From the IMG/VR virus record IMGVR_UViG_3300033142_001753, positions 1 through 62,915 of that record: a DNA stretch of 62,915 nucleotides; one strand, 5' to 3'. The notes under the pieces are model-generated. The model saw only the letters and a list, made by a program, of their open reading frames with translations, was not told where the DNA came from and did not search any database. The translations under genes and the position numbers were made by a program. The DNA is from a virus. Its lineage: Duplodnaviria; Caudoviricetes. Numbering within the stretch: the first letter of the stretch is position 1; every line of letters begins with the position of its first letter. This document shows positions 1 through 9,182 of the stretch, in pieces.

Positions 1-62
1 TGTTGCTACAAATGACCCACTACTCCTGGACTAGTGGGTCGTAAAATGTCCTTATATATAAA
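1..62. repeat. Terminal direct repeat (identical to 62854-62915); circular assembly overlap
   Basis: tgttgctacaaatgacccac...cttatatataaa is identical at both ends and also at 17874-17935. Confidence 0.95.
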
Positions 63-366
63 GGACTTATAATCTAATGACCCACTAGTCAGACCTTAGT
101 GGGTCACAAAAAAGCCCTTATATATAAGGCACTTATTTAACTTTTGAACGAAAATGACCCGGACCCACACCTCAAAAAAAAGTAAAAATAAAAGGTGTGT
201 GTTAGAATAGTGGGTCCGGGTCATTTAGGGCATTTTAGGGTATAAGTTACTGGAATAATTCAATAAAATAGCGGGCCACTCCTCAAAAGAAGTGGGTCAT
301 TTATCTTATAACATACTGATATAATTAAGTAAAATTATGACCCACTAGTCAAAAACAGTGGCCCGC
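12..366. repeat. Origin-like array 1 of inverted GACCCAC/GTGGGTC boxes with AT-rich, IHF-like spacers
   Basis: Non-coding. Inverted pairs at 14-40, 79-105, 156-222, 273-298 and 339-364; perfect 17-bp inverted repeat aaatgacccggacccac at 152-168 / 210-226. The origin function is inferred. Confidence 0.75.
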
Positions 367-459
367 TTAGTGAGACTAAGGACACAGGCTATGAAATTGA
401 TAAAATGTCAAATATATGACGCTATTTGCCAGCAATCAAAGCATCTGTCCTACCCCAAA

Positions 460-897
460 TTAAGCGATAACCTGATCCGATAGTACATTGTTTGTCATTG
501 AGACGCCTTCCTTATATTTCTCAAAATAGAACTTACCATCCCAGGGTACCACTTCTGAGATTATACCATAATCTATAGCCACCTTATTAATATAATGTGC
601 TTTAACTCTGCGATCTAAGGTACGGATAAGCTGTCTGAAATCCTCTAAGCAGTGGCTCCGTTTGTAATGATTGCAATGCCTACAGCTTGGCATCATGTTA
701 TCTAGCCCTTCAATCTTTTTACGAAGATCTTGGAAATACTTTATCCTTGCTTCACTCACATGCTTACTAGGGGTGTGGCTGTCCCTTTGAGGTATAAGGT
801 GATCTACCTGCATTTCATTGTATAGCAAATGGCGGCCACAGTATGAGCAACGCTGGCGGTACTTATTCCAAACCTTGAGCCTGTCAGTTTTTTTCAT
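460..897 (-). CDS. HNH endonuclease
   Basis: CSYCG...QVDHLIP...NMMPSCRHCNHYK. Confidence 0.9.
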   Translation of the reverse strand: MKKTDRLKVWNKYRQRCSYCGRHLLYNEMQVDHLIPQRDSHTPSKHVSEARIKYFQDLRKKIEGLDNMMPSCRHCNHYKRSHCLEDFRQLIRTLDRRVKAHYINKVAIDYGIISEVVPWDGKFYFEKYKEGVSMTNNVLSDQVIA

Positions 898-1048
898 GAT
901 CTACCTTTAGAACATCAAAACTTAAACTAGCTATCACCAGGACATTATTGCCACAAGGACATATAACCTCAAATCGCGCATCCCCTAAGCCAGGTCAATA
1001 TTTCCGGGCAAGGTGCAAAAGATCTCTGCCACAGTATGGACATATCAC
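884..1048 (-). pseudogene. Small zinc-ribbon ORF with in-frame TGA at codon 18
   Basis: GTG start after GAGAGG; reads MICPYCGRDLLHLARKY*PGLGDARFEVICPCGNN... Confidence 0.4.
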
Positions 1049-1131
1049 GTCAGGTCCTCTCAATGATAACTCCGAGAGCAAGGCCACAGATTAAGCCAAT
1101 CATTAATCCGATGCAAAGTACTAGGCATGTT

Positions 1132-1338
1132 TCAGTCATATATTCCCCCTCTTCGATTCTTTTCCCACTCCTCCCCAATCAATACCGTAATCTTACCATC
1201 CACTTGATCCGCGACATCGACTACAGCAAAGCTCCTATCGTATGCTTCATCGATTTCATCGGGCGCCTGCATAAAACAAAATTCAACATCCCAATCCGGA
1301 TTTTCAAGTAAATAACCAACTAATTCCTTTCCTTTCAT
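1132..1338 (-). CDS. Hypothetical protein
   Basis: ATGA overlap with upstream gene; acidic phage-like ORF. Confidence 0.7.
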   Translation of the reverse strand: MKGKELVGYLLENPDWDVEFCFMQAPDEIDEAYDRSFAVVDVADQVDGKITVLIGEEWEKNRRGGIYD

Positions 1339-1781
1339 ACCAACTCCTTATGCCGAGCCACCAAGGCGGCCTTCACTTGCTCAGCGATCTCAGGTGGGAA
1401 GATCTGAAACATCTGTGCCAGGAACGGGCCATCAAGTACCAGTTCCTTAATTTGTTTTTCAGACCACCCCTCAAAACGTTGGTAGGCCAGCTTTGCATCG
1501 GCAGCAGTACCATATTTGCTCCCTGCTCTATCGAGAACAGCCTGATCTACCTTGGCCAGCTTAGCTCCATACATCTTGCGCCTAAGCTCCAAGGCCTCTT
1601 TCTCTATCTCTGATAGCTCGTCAGGGGTAAAAACCTGATAAATTATTGTATTATCTGCAAAGCCCAAAACTTCAACGGACTGTGCTCTCCGATTAACAAA
1701 CTCGTTATCTGGATTGCTTAGATACTCCAACAAAGTAATCCTATGTCTTGCTCTGCAACTCTCAGACCTTTCCTGTACCAT
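1335..1781 (-). CDS. Putative terminase small subunit / HTH DNA-binding protein
   Basis: Helical 148 aa; lies upstream of HNH and TerL across the circular junction, same strand. Confidence 0.45.
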   Translation of the reverse strand: MVQERSESCRARHRITLLEYLSNPDNEFVNRRAQSVEVLGFADNTIIYQVFTPDELSEIEKEALELRRKMYGAKLAKVDQAVLDRAGSKYGTAADAKLAYQRFEGWSEKQIKELVLDGPFLAQMFQIFPPEIAEQVKAALVARHKELV

Positions 1782-1845
1782 ATCCTATACCTATTATTTT
1801 TTGTTGGTTATTATAGTTTAAGCCTGTATCCTAAAATAAGGATTC

Positions 1846-1858
1846 TAAGTTATTGATA
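1846..1858. promoter_or_regulatory. IHF consensus site
   Basis: TAAGTTATTGATA matches YAANNNNTTGATW; intergenic, upstream of the putative TerS. Confidence 0.4.
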
Positions 1859-1881
1859 TATCTCAACATATTCAGAGCTTG

Positions 1882-2124
1882 TTATGTAATTTCATCTATC
1901 GTTTTGTTACATATTTTGCACATTACCTTTTCACCAGGTAAAAGATGTTGTTGAATATGCCTAACAAAACGGTCTGACCTGGTTAAATCTATTTGGACAG
2001 ATTTAAGCGTTTCACTAGGCGTAGCAAAGGCAGAAGGGAAAAATAATTGTTTGAACCAACCCCGATAAACAACTACCCAATCCCCTGGACTGTCTGGATG
2101 CAATAATAACAATTTTTTTTTCAT
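1882..2124 (-). CDS. Hypothetical protein with C-terminal CxxC
   Basis: ORF in the leftward gene run. Confidence 0.6.
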   Translation of the reverse strand: MKKKLLLLHPDSPGDWVVVYRGWFKQLFFPSAFATPSETLKSVQIDLTRSDRFVRHIQQHLLPGEKVMCKICNKTIDEIT

Positions 2125-2170
2125 AAATTATCCCATATTTTTAGTGTAACATATTAAAATCATTACCATA

Positions 2171-2380
2171 TCATGCGACATTTTTAGTATCACATACCAT
2201 CTCAACGCTCGTAGTAACTGTGCCCCTGTCTCTTGCAGTAAGTAATTCTATCAGATCAGAGGGTTTAGCCTGCACATAGGCCCTCTCAAGTTTCAATATT
2301 TCTTCTTCAACTTTCGTATCATAAAACTCCTTGATCAACTGATACTCTACCACATACTTTATCGTTGTTCGTACTCTCAT
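2171..2380 (-). CDS. Hypothetical protein
   Basis: ATGA overlap with the endolysin stop. Confidence 0.65.
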   Translation of the reverse strand: MRVRTTIKYVVEYQLIKEFYDTKVEEEILKLERAYVQAKPSDLIELLTARDRGTVTTSVEMVCDTKNVA

Positions 2381-2862
2381 AAGTCATCTCCTTTCAGCAT
2401 CATATCATGTAATGTTTTCCCACGATCACCTACCTGCTCGTACCACGCGCTATGTCTCATCTCTTTAGCAGCCTGAGCATAGAAACCACATTTTACAGCA
2501 TTAATCATTCTTACAAACCCCCTAAAACCTCCAGGCCCCAGGTTATACCTCATATCAATTAAAGCCCATCGCCTGTTATTGTCCAAATCATATAGTGGCT
2601 TACCAAATATTTTACACAGATCCGCTTCACATTCTGCGATATCATTCCTAAGTAACATCAGGGCCTCGATCTTCGAGAGACCTTTACTTTCCAAATTTCT
2701 GCCGTAGCCTATAGTAAGATTCCCCTTGAGGTCCGAGTAGGCCATGGACCTAAAATCCTCGTGCCTCATAATTTGCTTTTCAATCTTCGACATCTCTCCA
2801 CCATATCCTGGGGTTACCGTAATACAAGCTATTATACTGCAAAGACAGAGATAGCGCCACAT
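2377..2862 (-). CDS. Endolysin, T4-type lysozyme (GH24)
   Basis: HEDFRSMAYSDLKGNLTIGYGRNL catalytic E-D-T pattern; ALIDMRYNLG; SAWYEQVGDR. Confidence 0.9.
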   Translation of the reverse strand: MWRYLCLCSIIACITVTPGYGGEMSKIEKQIMRHEDFRSMAYSDLKGNLTIGYGRNLESKGLSKIEALMLLRNDIAECEADLCKIFGKPLYDLDNNRRWALIDMRYNLGPGGFRGFVRMINAVKCGFYAQAAKEMRHSAWYEQVGDRGKTLHDMMLKGDDL

Positions 2863-2863
2863 A

Positions 2864-3316
2864 TTAATGGATAATCAGAGTAACCAGGCGGTCTATGGCC
2901 AAGCTACCATCCTCGTCAATCAACCAATCATTGAGTATAGTATTAACATTTGCTGCATATTGCTCCCGTGATCCTCGCCATTCACACACCGGATCATTAA
3001 GTTTTAGGCCTTCAGATATAGCATGTCTTAATGCCGAGTACACAATATTTTCTGCTTTTTCTCTTTTTATTTTCATATTATGCAATACCATCTCTGTAGC
3101 TGTCATGTTTGCCTTCATGGTATCTAGTGATTTCCTTAATCTTTCAGCATCGTAGACCCAGCCTCTCCAGGTTTCTTCATCCCTGGGAACCATATCAAGC
3201 GGGTGGGACCTCTGAGTTTCTTCCTGCTCCCTAGTGATATCCTCTAAAAATTGTGCTATTAACTTTATCTGAGGATCTTTTTTACCTCTAATCCATTCGT
3301 TATATTTTGTGGTCAT
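2864..3316 (-). CDS. Hypothetical protein
   Basis: Tightly packed in the operon. Confidence 0.7.
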   Translation of the reverse strand: MTTKYNEWIRGKKDPQIKLIAQFLEDITREQEETQRSHPLDMVPRDEETWRGWVYDAERLRKSLDTMKANMTATEMVLHNMKIKREKAENIVYSALRHAISEGLKLNDPVCEWRGSREQYAANVNTILNDWLIDEDGSLAIDRLVTLIIH

Positions 3317-3499
3317 CTATGCCTCCAAGGCATCAGCCAAATCGTTGTATTTATCTAAGCCGGGATCATCAAATAGAGACTGCGCCACATATTTAACGTC
3401 ATCATTGCCGAATTTCAAAAATTCTTGATCGGCGAATTCCTCCCACTGTTCGGTAAATCTCCTCAAGTTTCGCACCTCATTTGTTGGTCTACCCTTCAT
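3317..3499 (-). CDS. Hypothetical protein
   Basis: Abuts neighbours; GGAGG RBS. Confidence 0.65.
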   Translation of the reverse strand: MKGRPTNEVRNLRRFTEQWEEFADQEFLKFGNDDVKYVAQSLFDDPGLDKYNDLADALEA

Positions 3500-3803
3500 A
3501 TTGCCTCCTTAGCCATACAATTTCCCTGCAAATTCCAGAGTACGAATAGTGCCAAACTTCGTCCAGATTATCCCTAAATGTCTCAAGAGCATAGACTGAT
3601 ACCCTATACCACCATGCAGGAGGGAACATTTTAAGCTCTATAAAGAACTCATTAAAGTCTTTACCGATCTCAATATAGAGCACCCCCGCCCTGTAGCGTC
3701 TCACCCGGCTCAACCACTTATCATCCAATACCTTCTTGGATTCAAAGTTATGCCTGGCCAAGAGATAGGCTCTACTTAGGTCTATCGCTACCAATCTTTC
3801 CAT
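3489..3803 (-). CDS. Hypothetical protein
   Basis: Overlaps neighbours in the operon. Confidence 0.6.
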   Translation of the reverse strand: MERLVAIDLSRAYLLARHNFESKKVLDDKWLSRVRRYRAGVLYIEIGKDFNEFFIELKMFPPAWWYRVSVYALETFRDNLDEVWHYSYSGICREIVWLRRQYEG

Positions 3804-3972
3804 CTTTTATCCCCTTGAGCACTCTCAAAAACTTATCAGCCATGTTTGGAATAAGCCACACCCCACCACTCCAGTTCTTTACTGTCTGGAGCCGTATACC
3901 CATCACATCTGATACCCCTTGGTTGTTCAACCCAAGCTTTTTCTTGATATTCTCAAATTCTTTACTATCCAT
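3772..3972 (-). CDS. XRE/Cro-like HTH transcriptional regulator
   Basis: IKKKLGLNNQGVSDVMGIRLQTVKNWSGG...IP. Confidence 0.8.
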   Translation of the reverse strand: MDSKEFENIKKKLGLNNQGVSDVMGIRLQTVKNWSGGVWLIPNMADKFLRVLKGIKDGKIGSDRPK

Positions 3973-4367
3973 TATATTCCACCATAATATTTTGCAATAC
4001 TGGACTCTAATTCCTGCAACAGATCGGTTACAGTATACCCTTCGATCTTCTCCATATATTCAAGTAATTCCACCATATCCTGCAACTCATCTATCGTGGC
4101 TCTTAGGGCTTCCTGTATCTCTCCCTTGTCATCCCTGGCTCTTATTTTGTCCATCTCCTCGTCTTCGAGCGCCTGCTCAGTCCAGTCTTCTTCGATAGGG
4201 CTTCCAATTTTTATACCACCGTCGCAGAGGATACATCCTGTGGATTGAAGTAATTCGCTAATTCTTGCCATTTCCACGCTTTTGCGGTATCGTTCTCCGC
4301 GCTCTGCAGCAGTGCTTTGACAAAGATCTTCCATATCTCTTAATAGTTTGTCCATGGTATCCTCCAT
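3972..4367 (-). CDS. Hypothetical acidic protein
   Basis: TAATG coupling to the HTH gene. Confidence 0.65.
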   Translation of the reverse strand: MEDTMDKLLRDMEDLCQSTAAERGERYRKSVEMARISELLQSTGCILCDGGIKIGSPIEEDWTEQALEDEEMDKIRARDDKGEIQEALRATIDELQDMVELLEYMEKIEGYTVTDLLQELESSIAKYYGGI

Positions 4368-4545
4368 ATAATTTTTTTATATCTGTTTTTTCGTAATAGA
4401 GCCTCTGTGCCCTGATAGCCGCTATAGACTCGACGAAAACAGTGCCACCGGGTGAGGTGTAGTAATAGACTGACCTAACGATAGTCCTGAGCCAATCCGT
4501 GGTTCCATCTTGATTGTAATACGTTTTTTTGCCTAATCCAATCAT
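4258..4545 (-). CDS. Hypothetical protein
   Basis: GAGG RBS; the 3' overlap with the next gene is long. Confidence 0.45.
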   Translation of the reverse strand: MIGLGKKTYYNQDGTTDWLRTIVRSVYYYTSPGGTVFVESIAAIRAQRLYYEKTDIKKLYGGYHGQTIKRYGRSLSKHCCRARRTIPQKRGNGKN

Positions 4546-4578
4546 TGCGCGTACCTCAATTTTTAGTTATAGTACTAC

Positions 4579-4830
4579 ATGATGGGTATCATACAAAACA
4601 CAAACGATGAATTCGATTATGCTGAATGCTTCGATCCTGGAGAGGGCAATAAAGCAACAACCAATGCAGGCACACAGCGCCATGGTAATCTTTATACTCC
4701 AGATTCTGGAAAATGGCAAAATCAAGATTGTCCTTATTGCATGGAGCCTTTTGCTGTCAAAAAGATGCGGTCCCGTGCTACAGGTTATCGCTTGATGTGG
4801 TACTGTACTCACTGCTACCGTGTAGTGTAA
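4579..4830 (+). CDS. Possible zinc-finger protein on the opposite strand to its neighbours
   Basis: CPYC...CTHC pairs. Confidence 0.45.
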   Translation: MMGIIQNTNDEFDYAECFDPGEGNKATTNAGTQRHGNLYTPDSGKWQNQDCPYCMEPFAVKKMRSRATGYRLMWYCTHCYRVV

Positions 4831-4875
4831 TATTACCTGTTACCCTTCCTAGATGCCTGTATCATCTAAGGTGCA

Positions 4876-4899
4876 GAATGGGCAGGTATCCCATGTACC
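4876..4899. repeat. 24-bp direct repeat, copy 1 (copy 2 at 5912-5935)
   Basis: gaatgggcaggtatcccatgtacc is identical in both places. Confidence 0.9.
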
Positions 4900-5015
4900 A
4901 TTGAAATTCCATAATCTCTTCGCGACAGCAAAGGCCCACCTCTTATTCCAGTTTGCCTCTTTGAGACGATAAAAGGTCCAATGCTGCATGTTATGTGATC
5001 CAAAATATTTCATAA

Positions 5016-5288
5016 TTAATTCTCCCAGATTAGTCTGCCAACCTTAGATCCCTTCCCTGGAATATCTCTATAAATTGCAGCCGTTCCGAAAAAACAGGCC
5101 ATATCGTCCCTGATTTCGTTTTTTGCTTTAACGAAAAATTCGTCAGACGAAACCTTGATTATCTTGACGTTTTTCGGCATTGAAATATCATATATCAAGG
5201 CTGTATTTATACTCATCGCGATCTCTTTGTCGATCATCTCTTGGTTTGCGTAATACACAGACATATCTTCATAACTGTTGTCTTTCAT
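5016..5288 (-). CDS. Hypothetical early protein
   Basis: AAGGAG RBS and its own promoter. Confidence 0.75.
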   Translation of the reverse strand: MKDNSYEDMSVYYANQEMIDKEIAMSINTALIYDISMPKNVKIIKVSSDEFFVKAKNEIRDDMACFFGTAAIYRDIPGKGSKVGRLIWEN

Positions 5289-5323
5289 ATTTTGCTCCTT
5301 TTAATTTTTTGTGTGTTAAATAC

Positions 5324-5351
5324 AAGATACATTAAAGGTGCAGAATGTCAA
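5324..5351 (-). promoter_or_regulatory. Sigma70-like promoter
   Basis: TTGACA-16-TATCTT; near-duplicate 300 bp away. Confidence 0.65.
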
Positions 5352-5425
5352 TAGCAAAATATCAACTTTTTTAAAGAAAAAACAAGTTATTTTTTTAATG
5401 CAGGAAAAACAGGAGGTTGAGCAGC

Positions 5426-5593
5426 TTATTCTCTGTGTAAAATTACTGTGAATCCACATATATAATCCCTTCCCCAATTTTCTTTAGGAGGACAGAGATA
5501 TTTTCTGCAAGGAACAACAATATGTCGTTTGCCCGTTATGAGCCTTTCCATTTTAGCATATTGTCTAGCTGCTGTTGATTTGTTAAAAAACAT
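5426..5593 (-). CDS. Hypothetical early protein (start MFFNK)
   Basis: AAGGAGG RBS precedes the ATG at 5593. Confidence 0.65.
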   Translation of the reverse strand: MFFNKSTAARQYAKMERLITGKRHIVVPCRKYLCPPKENWGRDYICGFTVILHRE

Positions 5594-5623
5594 CTCAATT
5601 TTCCTCCTTTTGTGTCTAAATCC

Positions 5624-5651
5624 AAGATACACTAAGGGAGAAAAATGTCAA
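5624..5651 (-). promoter_or_regulatory. Sigma70-like promoter
   Basis: TTGACA-16-TATCTT; homologous to 5324-5351. Confidence 0.65.
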
Positions 5652-5654
5652 CTA

Positions 5655-5930
5655 CTATTCTCTGTACTTTTCTACTCTTTTTCTAAATCTTTCGATATCC
5701 TGTCCAGCTATATCGCACCAAAATAGGCAATAAGGCTCAGATTCCTTCGAAAAAAAGAAGTCCAGGGCATTATTTTTTAACCTCTTCCCTTCACCGGTCG
5801 AGGTATCCTTATAACACACCTTACGAAGACCTGTGCGATCTATTCCGCTTACGTCATCGACCGCATCCATTAGTAGTGTGAGTGCTAAAATTTTGCAGTT
5901 CATATCGAGCGGAATGGGCAGGTATCCCAT
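5655..5930 (-). CDS. Hypothetical protein
   Basis: ALDFFFS...FWCDIAG pattern seen in small phage proteins. Confidence 0.65.
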   Translation of the reverse strand: MGYLPIPLDMNCKILALTLLMDAVDDVSGIDRTGLRKVCYKDTSTGEGKRLKNNALDFFFSKESEPYCLFWCDIAGQDIERFRKRVEKYRE

Positions 5931-6256
5931 GTACCGCAGATGAAGGTTTTTTTGTCCTGATTGGAAATAAATACCTCGCTTTTTTCCTTTTCTAATATTT
6001 TATTAATATCCGCAGTATGCCGGGGTGCAGCATTTCTCGGAGACAGGCCACGGCCTGAATTCCCGTGTTGCTGGGTACACCACAATAGGCGGACCCTACC
6101 CAGGTACTGGATCTCTTTAAGCCATACCTTGTTCGGTTTTATCGATTTCCGGCCGCACCAGGATAATAGGGTATCCACATCCTCGAATACTATAGTTTTA
6201 CAATGATCACATTCTAAGCACTCTATTTTTTTGCCGCTTCCTTTTTTACGTCCCAT
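5900..6256 (-). CDS. Hypothetical Cys-rich protein
   Basis: CLECDHC; GGAG RBS. Confidence 0.65.
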   Translation of the reverse strand: MGRKKGSGKKIECLECDHCKTIVFEDVDTLLSWCGRKSIKPNKVWLKEIQYLGRVRLLWCTQQHGNSGRGLSPRNAAPRHTADINKILEKEKSEVFISNQDKKTFICGTWDTCPFRSI

Positions 6257-6415
6257 ATTATTTTATCTCCTACCTCTTAATTTTCTATAATATGTTGTTT
6301 TGCTTATTCCCAGTGCCTCTATCGCAACCGTTACAGTGGGATAAAGTTTTCCATTCGCCATTGTTGCCTTGGCACTTTCCATTTACAGTGTTCATAATTT
6401 TATAAATTCCACAAT

Positions 6416-7945
6416 TCATGATAGAAATGGATTCCTATATCCCCTCGTTGGTAAAATCCCTACTGTTTCTTGAGCCCTTGATACCCCAACGTAGAAAGTC
6501 CTCGCTTCATCGTCCCAGGCATTAAGATCATCTCTCATAGCTTTTTTAATCTTCCCCGTTATACTTGGATCAATCCAAACATGTCTCGAACTTCCACCTT
6601 TTACACTATGTACTGTACCTACGCATACCCGAGGAGTTTCAAAAAATTGACCTTGGTTATTTTCTGCTAAGTGATAAACAAGATCCCTTCCTTCAGCTTT
6701 AATCTTAAAATAATCCTGAATATCACCGGTCTTTTCTAAGAAGGTTCCCATGAAACCCATATTCATTAAACCAAAAAACTCGTATGTCTTTTTCTCGTTG
6801 AGAGGAAGGCCCTTGATTTTCTTTTTTGTGCCTCTCCTCATACAGAGCTTAGCTACACAATTTTTCGTCATCTGCTTGATCTCATAAATATTTAGCTCTT
6901 CACCCTTCAGAAACCGAAGATATATCCTAATGGATTCCGCGCCGTCAAGTCCCAGGGGATTCCAGGTCTTATCTTCCTTGCGGTATTGATTGCAAAAAGG
7001 AATATTCGCTTTTCGCAGTGCCGCAACATATCTTTTAACCTGGAATTGGCATCTGCAAAGAATCATATGGCTCCCCGGTAAAGAAAGGTCCGGCTCCTGG
7101 ACCCTCAGTACCTGGCCCTCGCCATACTTTGTGGTAGCTTTAAAATCGACCAACTCCTTAATATTTGCCTGCCTGATAATCTCAACCGACTTCTGTAATA
7201 CCGCTGGCGACAAGCGATAAGATTGAGTGAGCGGAATAACTTTGTCAGCCTTCAGATTAATAAAATTGTTGGGGTCACTGCCAGCGAAGCGAAAAATGGC
7301 CTGATTAGCATCACCTGCGTATAGCACAGTATCGCACTGTTCACCCCATTGTTTGACCAGGGCTATTTGAACCGCTGGTAAATCCTGGGCCTCGTCCACC
7401 ATAAGAACTTTGATATCAGGCGACAAACCCTGGTCCAGACATTGTTCGAGCATACCATTAAAATCAATCTTCCCCTCGTTGGCCATATATTCAAACCATG
7501 CTTTGCCGAGAAGCTGGCACTCTAGGGGCCACTCTGTATCAGGTACCATACGGCTCCTTAGCACCTGCATCTGATTAAAAATAGAGTCGTTTGTACCTCT
7601 CTCAACCTGTTCTTCGTCGTTTTTGGAACCAACTGCGAGCCGATAAGAGGGGTACATGTCATTGAATCCCCTAATATTAGCGGCGGTCTCCATCACGTCT
7701 TCTTTTTTCGTGTTCAGAAGATTAAAGCAGTGGCTATGTATGGTTCTGACATTATTGATGTCCTTCCAGTCAATATCAAGCTTCTTCTTTATCCGATCTT
7801 TGGCCTCCGAGACCGAAGCCACAGTATGGGATACGACGCCAAGGTCTTTAGAAAAATACTTATCGCAGGCCCTCTCGATTTGACGCATTATGTACTCCGT
7901 CTTACCACATCCGGGAGGGCCAATTATTTTATAGACTTTAGGCAT
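6416..7945 (-). CDS. UvrD/Rep-like SF1 helicase
   Basis: GPPGCGKT, VDEAQD, GDANQAIF, QSYR, TVHSVKG, YVGVSRA. Confidence 0.92.
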   Translation of the reverse strand: MPKVYKIIGPPGCGKTEYIMRQIERACDKYFSKDLGVVSHTVASVSEAKDRIKKKLDIDWKDINNVRTIHSHCFNLLNTKKEDVMETAANIRGFNDMYPSYRLAVGSKNDEEQVERGTNDSIFNQMQVLRSRMVPDTEWPLECQLLGKAWFEYMANEGKIDFNGMLEQCLDQGLSPDIKVLMVDEAQDLPAVQIALVKQWGEQCDTVLYAGDANQAIFRFAGSDPNNFINLKADKVIPLTQSYRLSPAVLQKSVEIIRQANIKELVDFKATTKYGEGQVLRVQEPDLSLPGSHMILCRCQFQVKRYVAALRKANIPFCNQYRKEDKTWNPLGLDGAESIRIYLRFLKGEELNIYEIKQMTKNCVAKLCMRRGTKKKIKGLPLNEKKTYEFFGLMNMGFMGTFLEKTGDIQDYFKIKAEGRDLVYHLAENNQGQFFETPRVCVGTVHSVKGGSSRHVWIDPSITGKIKKAMRDDLNAWDDEARTFYVGVSRAQETVGILPTRGYRNPFLS

Positions 7946-8088
7946 CGTTGTATTGCCTCTATCTTGGAATACAGAATTATAAAGGAAGCTTGCTGTCGTA
8001 TATATTCTTCGTCACGTATGATATCTGACAAATATCTGCCGTATTTGTTGCCAAAATAATCTACAAACCATATAATTTTAGGCATCCT

Positions 8089-8376
8089 TTATCCTATCGC
8101 CGAAACTTTCGTCGTATGCCCTGGCATGTCCTGGACAACATTGGGGAACAACTCTTTCTGCCCATCGATAGTAAATCCCACGGCATCTTTGATTCTCTCT
8201 TTCACGAATCCTATTCCTACTTTAATATCGAGCTTTGGGCCTGTCCGCTTGATCTTTAATGGCAAAGATATTAAGACACTGCCGTCTTCAGCCATCACGA
8301 GCTCTATTTCTTTTGCGTAACTAGTCAAAAGACCGCCCACGCTCTTCTCGATTTGTTTGACTACATCATATGTCAT
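8089..8376 (-). CDS. Hypothetical protein
   Basis: ORF in the replication operon. Confidence 0.7.
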   Translation of the reverse strand: MTYDVVKQIEKSVGGLLTSYAKEIELVMAEDGSVLISLPLKIKRTGPKLDIKVGIGFVKERIKDAVGFTIDGQKELFPNVVQDMPGHTTKVSAIG

Positions 8377-8430
8377 CTGTCCCCCGGTATCTGGCTGGCC
8401 TATGGCCAGCCGGAGATTTTTATTTGTTTA

Positions 8431-9144
8431 CTACACCTCGTTTCCAGTCACAACTTCACCGCGCATTACACCGCGCCATTGCGCTATAAGAGCCTTCATC
8501 TTTTGTGCATCCTCGATGTTCCTTATCATTGGGGCCTGGCCAAGGTTTCTCATATAGAGTTCGGAATACTCAATACCGTCCTTATTTTGGGCCAATCGAA
8601 GCGAAAATTCGGTTTCAACCAACTGATAAGGTACGCCCTGGGAAGTGAGGAGACTCACATAAAGGTCTACGGCTTTCAGGTTTGACGGTGGAACGGTCAA
8701 TCGGAAGGGCATCAAGGAACCATCGATCAGGATATGGACCCTCTTCATATTCTTACAGGCTTTGCCACCCTTTTTGCCTGTCCCATATTTGTTTTGAGGG
8801 CAACCGAGACAACCGTTCCCGGTGGACTGAAGTTGCTCTGATCCTGCTTCAGGCGTTACACCATCAAGACTCGAACACGTTGGAGGGCTACCGCCGCCGC
8901 TATCATCGTAACTTTCAGCCCAATAAGCATTTGTCCTGTTCATATCAAGGATAACGCCTTTAAAGGTTTCTTCTTTTGTACCATCCGGGAACATGAACAT
9001 TTGGGCCTGGTGAATGATCTTGATTTGAGGAAGCTGGGCCTCTACACCCTCCATCTGATCTCCCATGTCAAAAAGGTTAGCACCGACCATCGGTATACCC
9101 TTCTCTGTCTCTGGAACTGCTACATCTTTTGTTTCATCTGACAC
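8431..9144 (-). CDS. Putative ssDNA-binding / recombination protein
   Basis: PTCSSLDG, CLGCPQN, GKACK, LTVPPSNLK; conserved phage replication-module type. Confidence 0.55.
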   Translation of the reverse strand: MSDETKDVAVPETEKGIPMVGANLFDMGDQMEGVEAQLPQIKIIHQAQMFMFPDGTKEETFKGVILDMNRTNAYWAESYDDSGGGSPPTCSSLDGVTPEAGSEQLQSTGNGCLGCPQNKYGTGKKGGKACKNMKRVHILIDGSLMPFRLTVPPSNLKAVDLYVSLLTSQGVPYQLVETEFSLRLAQNKDGIEYSELYMRNLGQAPMIRNIEDAQKMKALIAQWRGVMRGEVVTGNEV

Positions 9145-9182
9145 TGTACTTTCTCCTTTTTCTTTTTAAGTTTTTAAATGGA

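Noticed and set aside
1-62. 62-bp end repeat as a biological terminal repeat
   Set aside because: It ends exactly where the internal 114-bp repeat diverges, which is better explained as an assembler overlap at a graph branch.
12-366. Array read as CRISPR or integron attC cassettes
   Set aside because: The boxes are short and inverted, the spacers are conserved between the two arrays, and no Cas or integron integrase is present.
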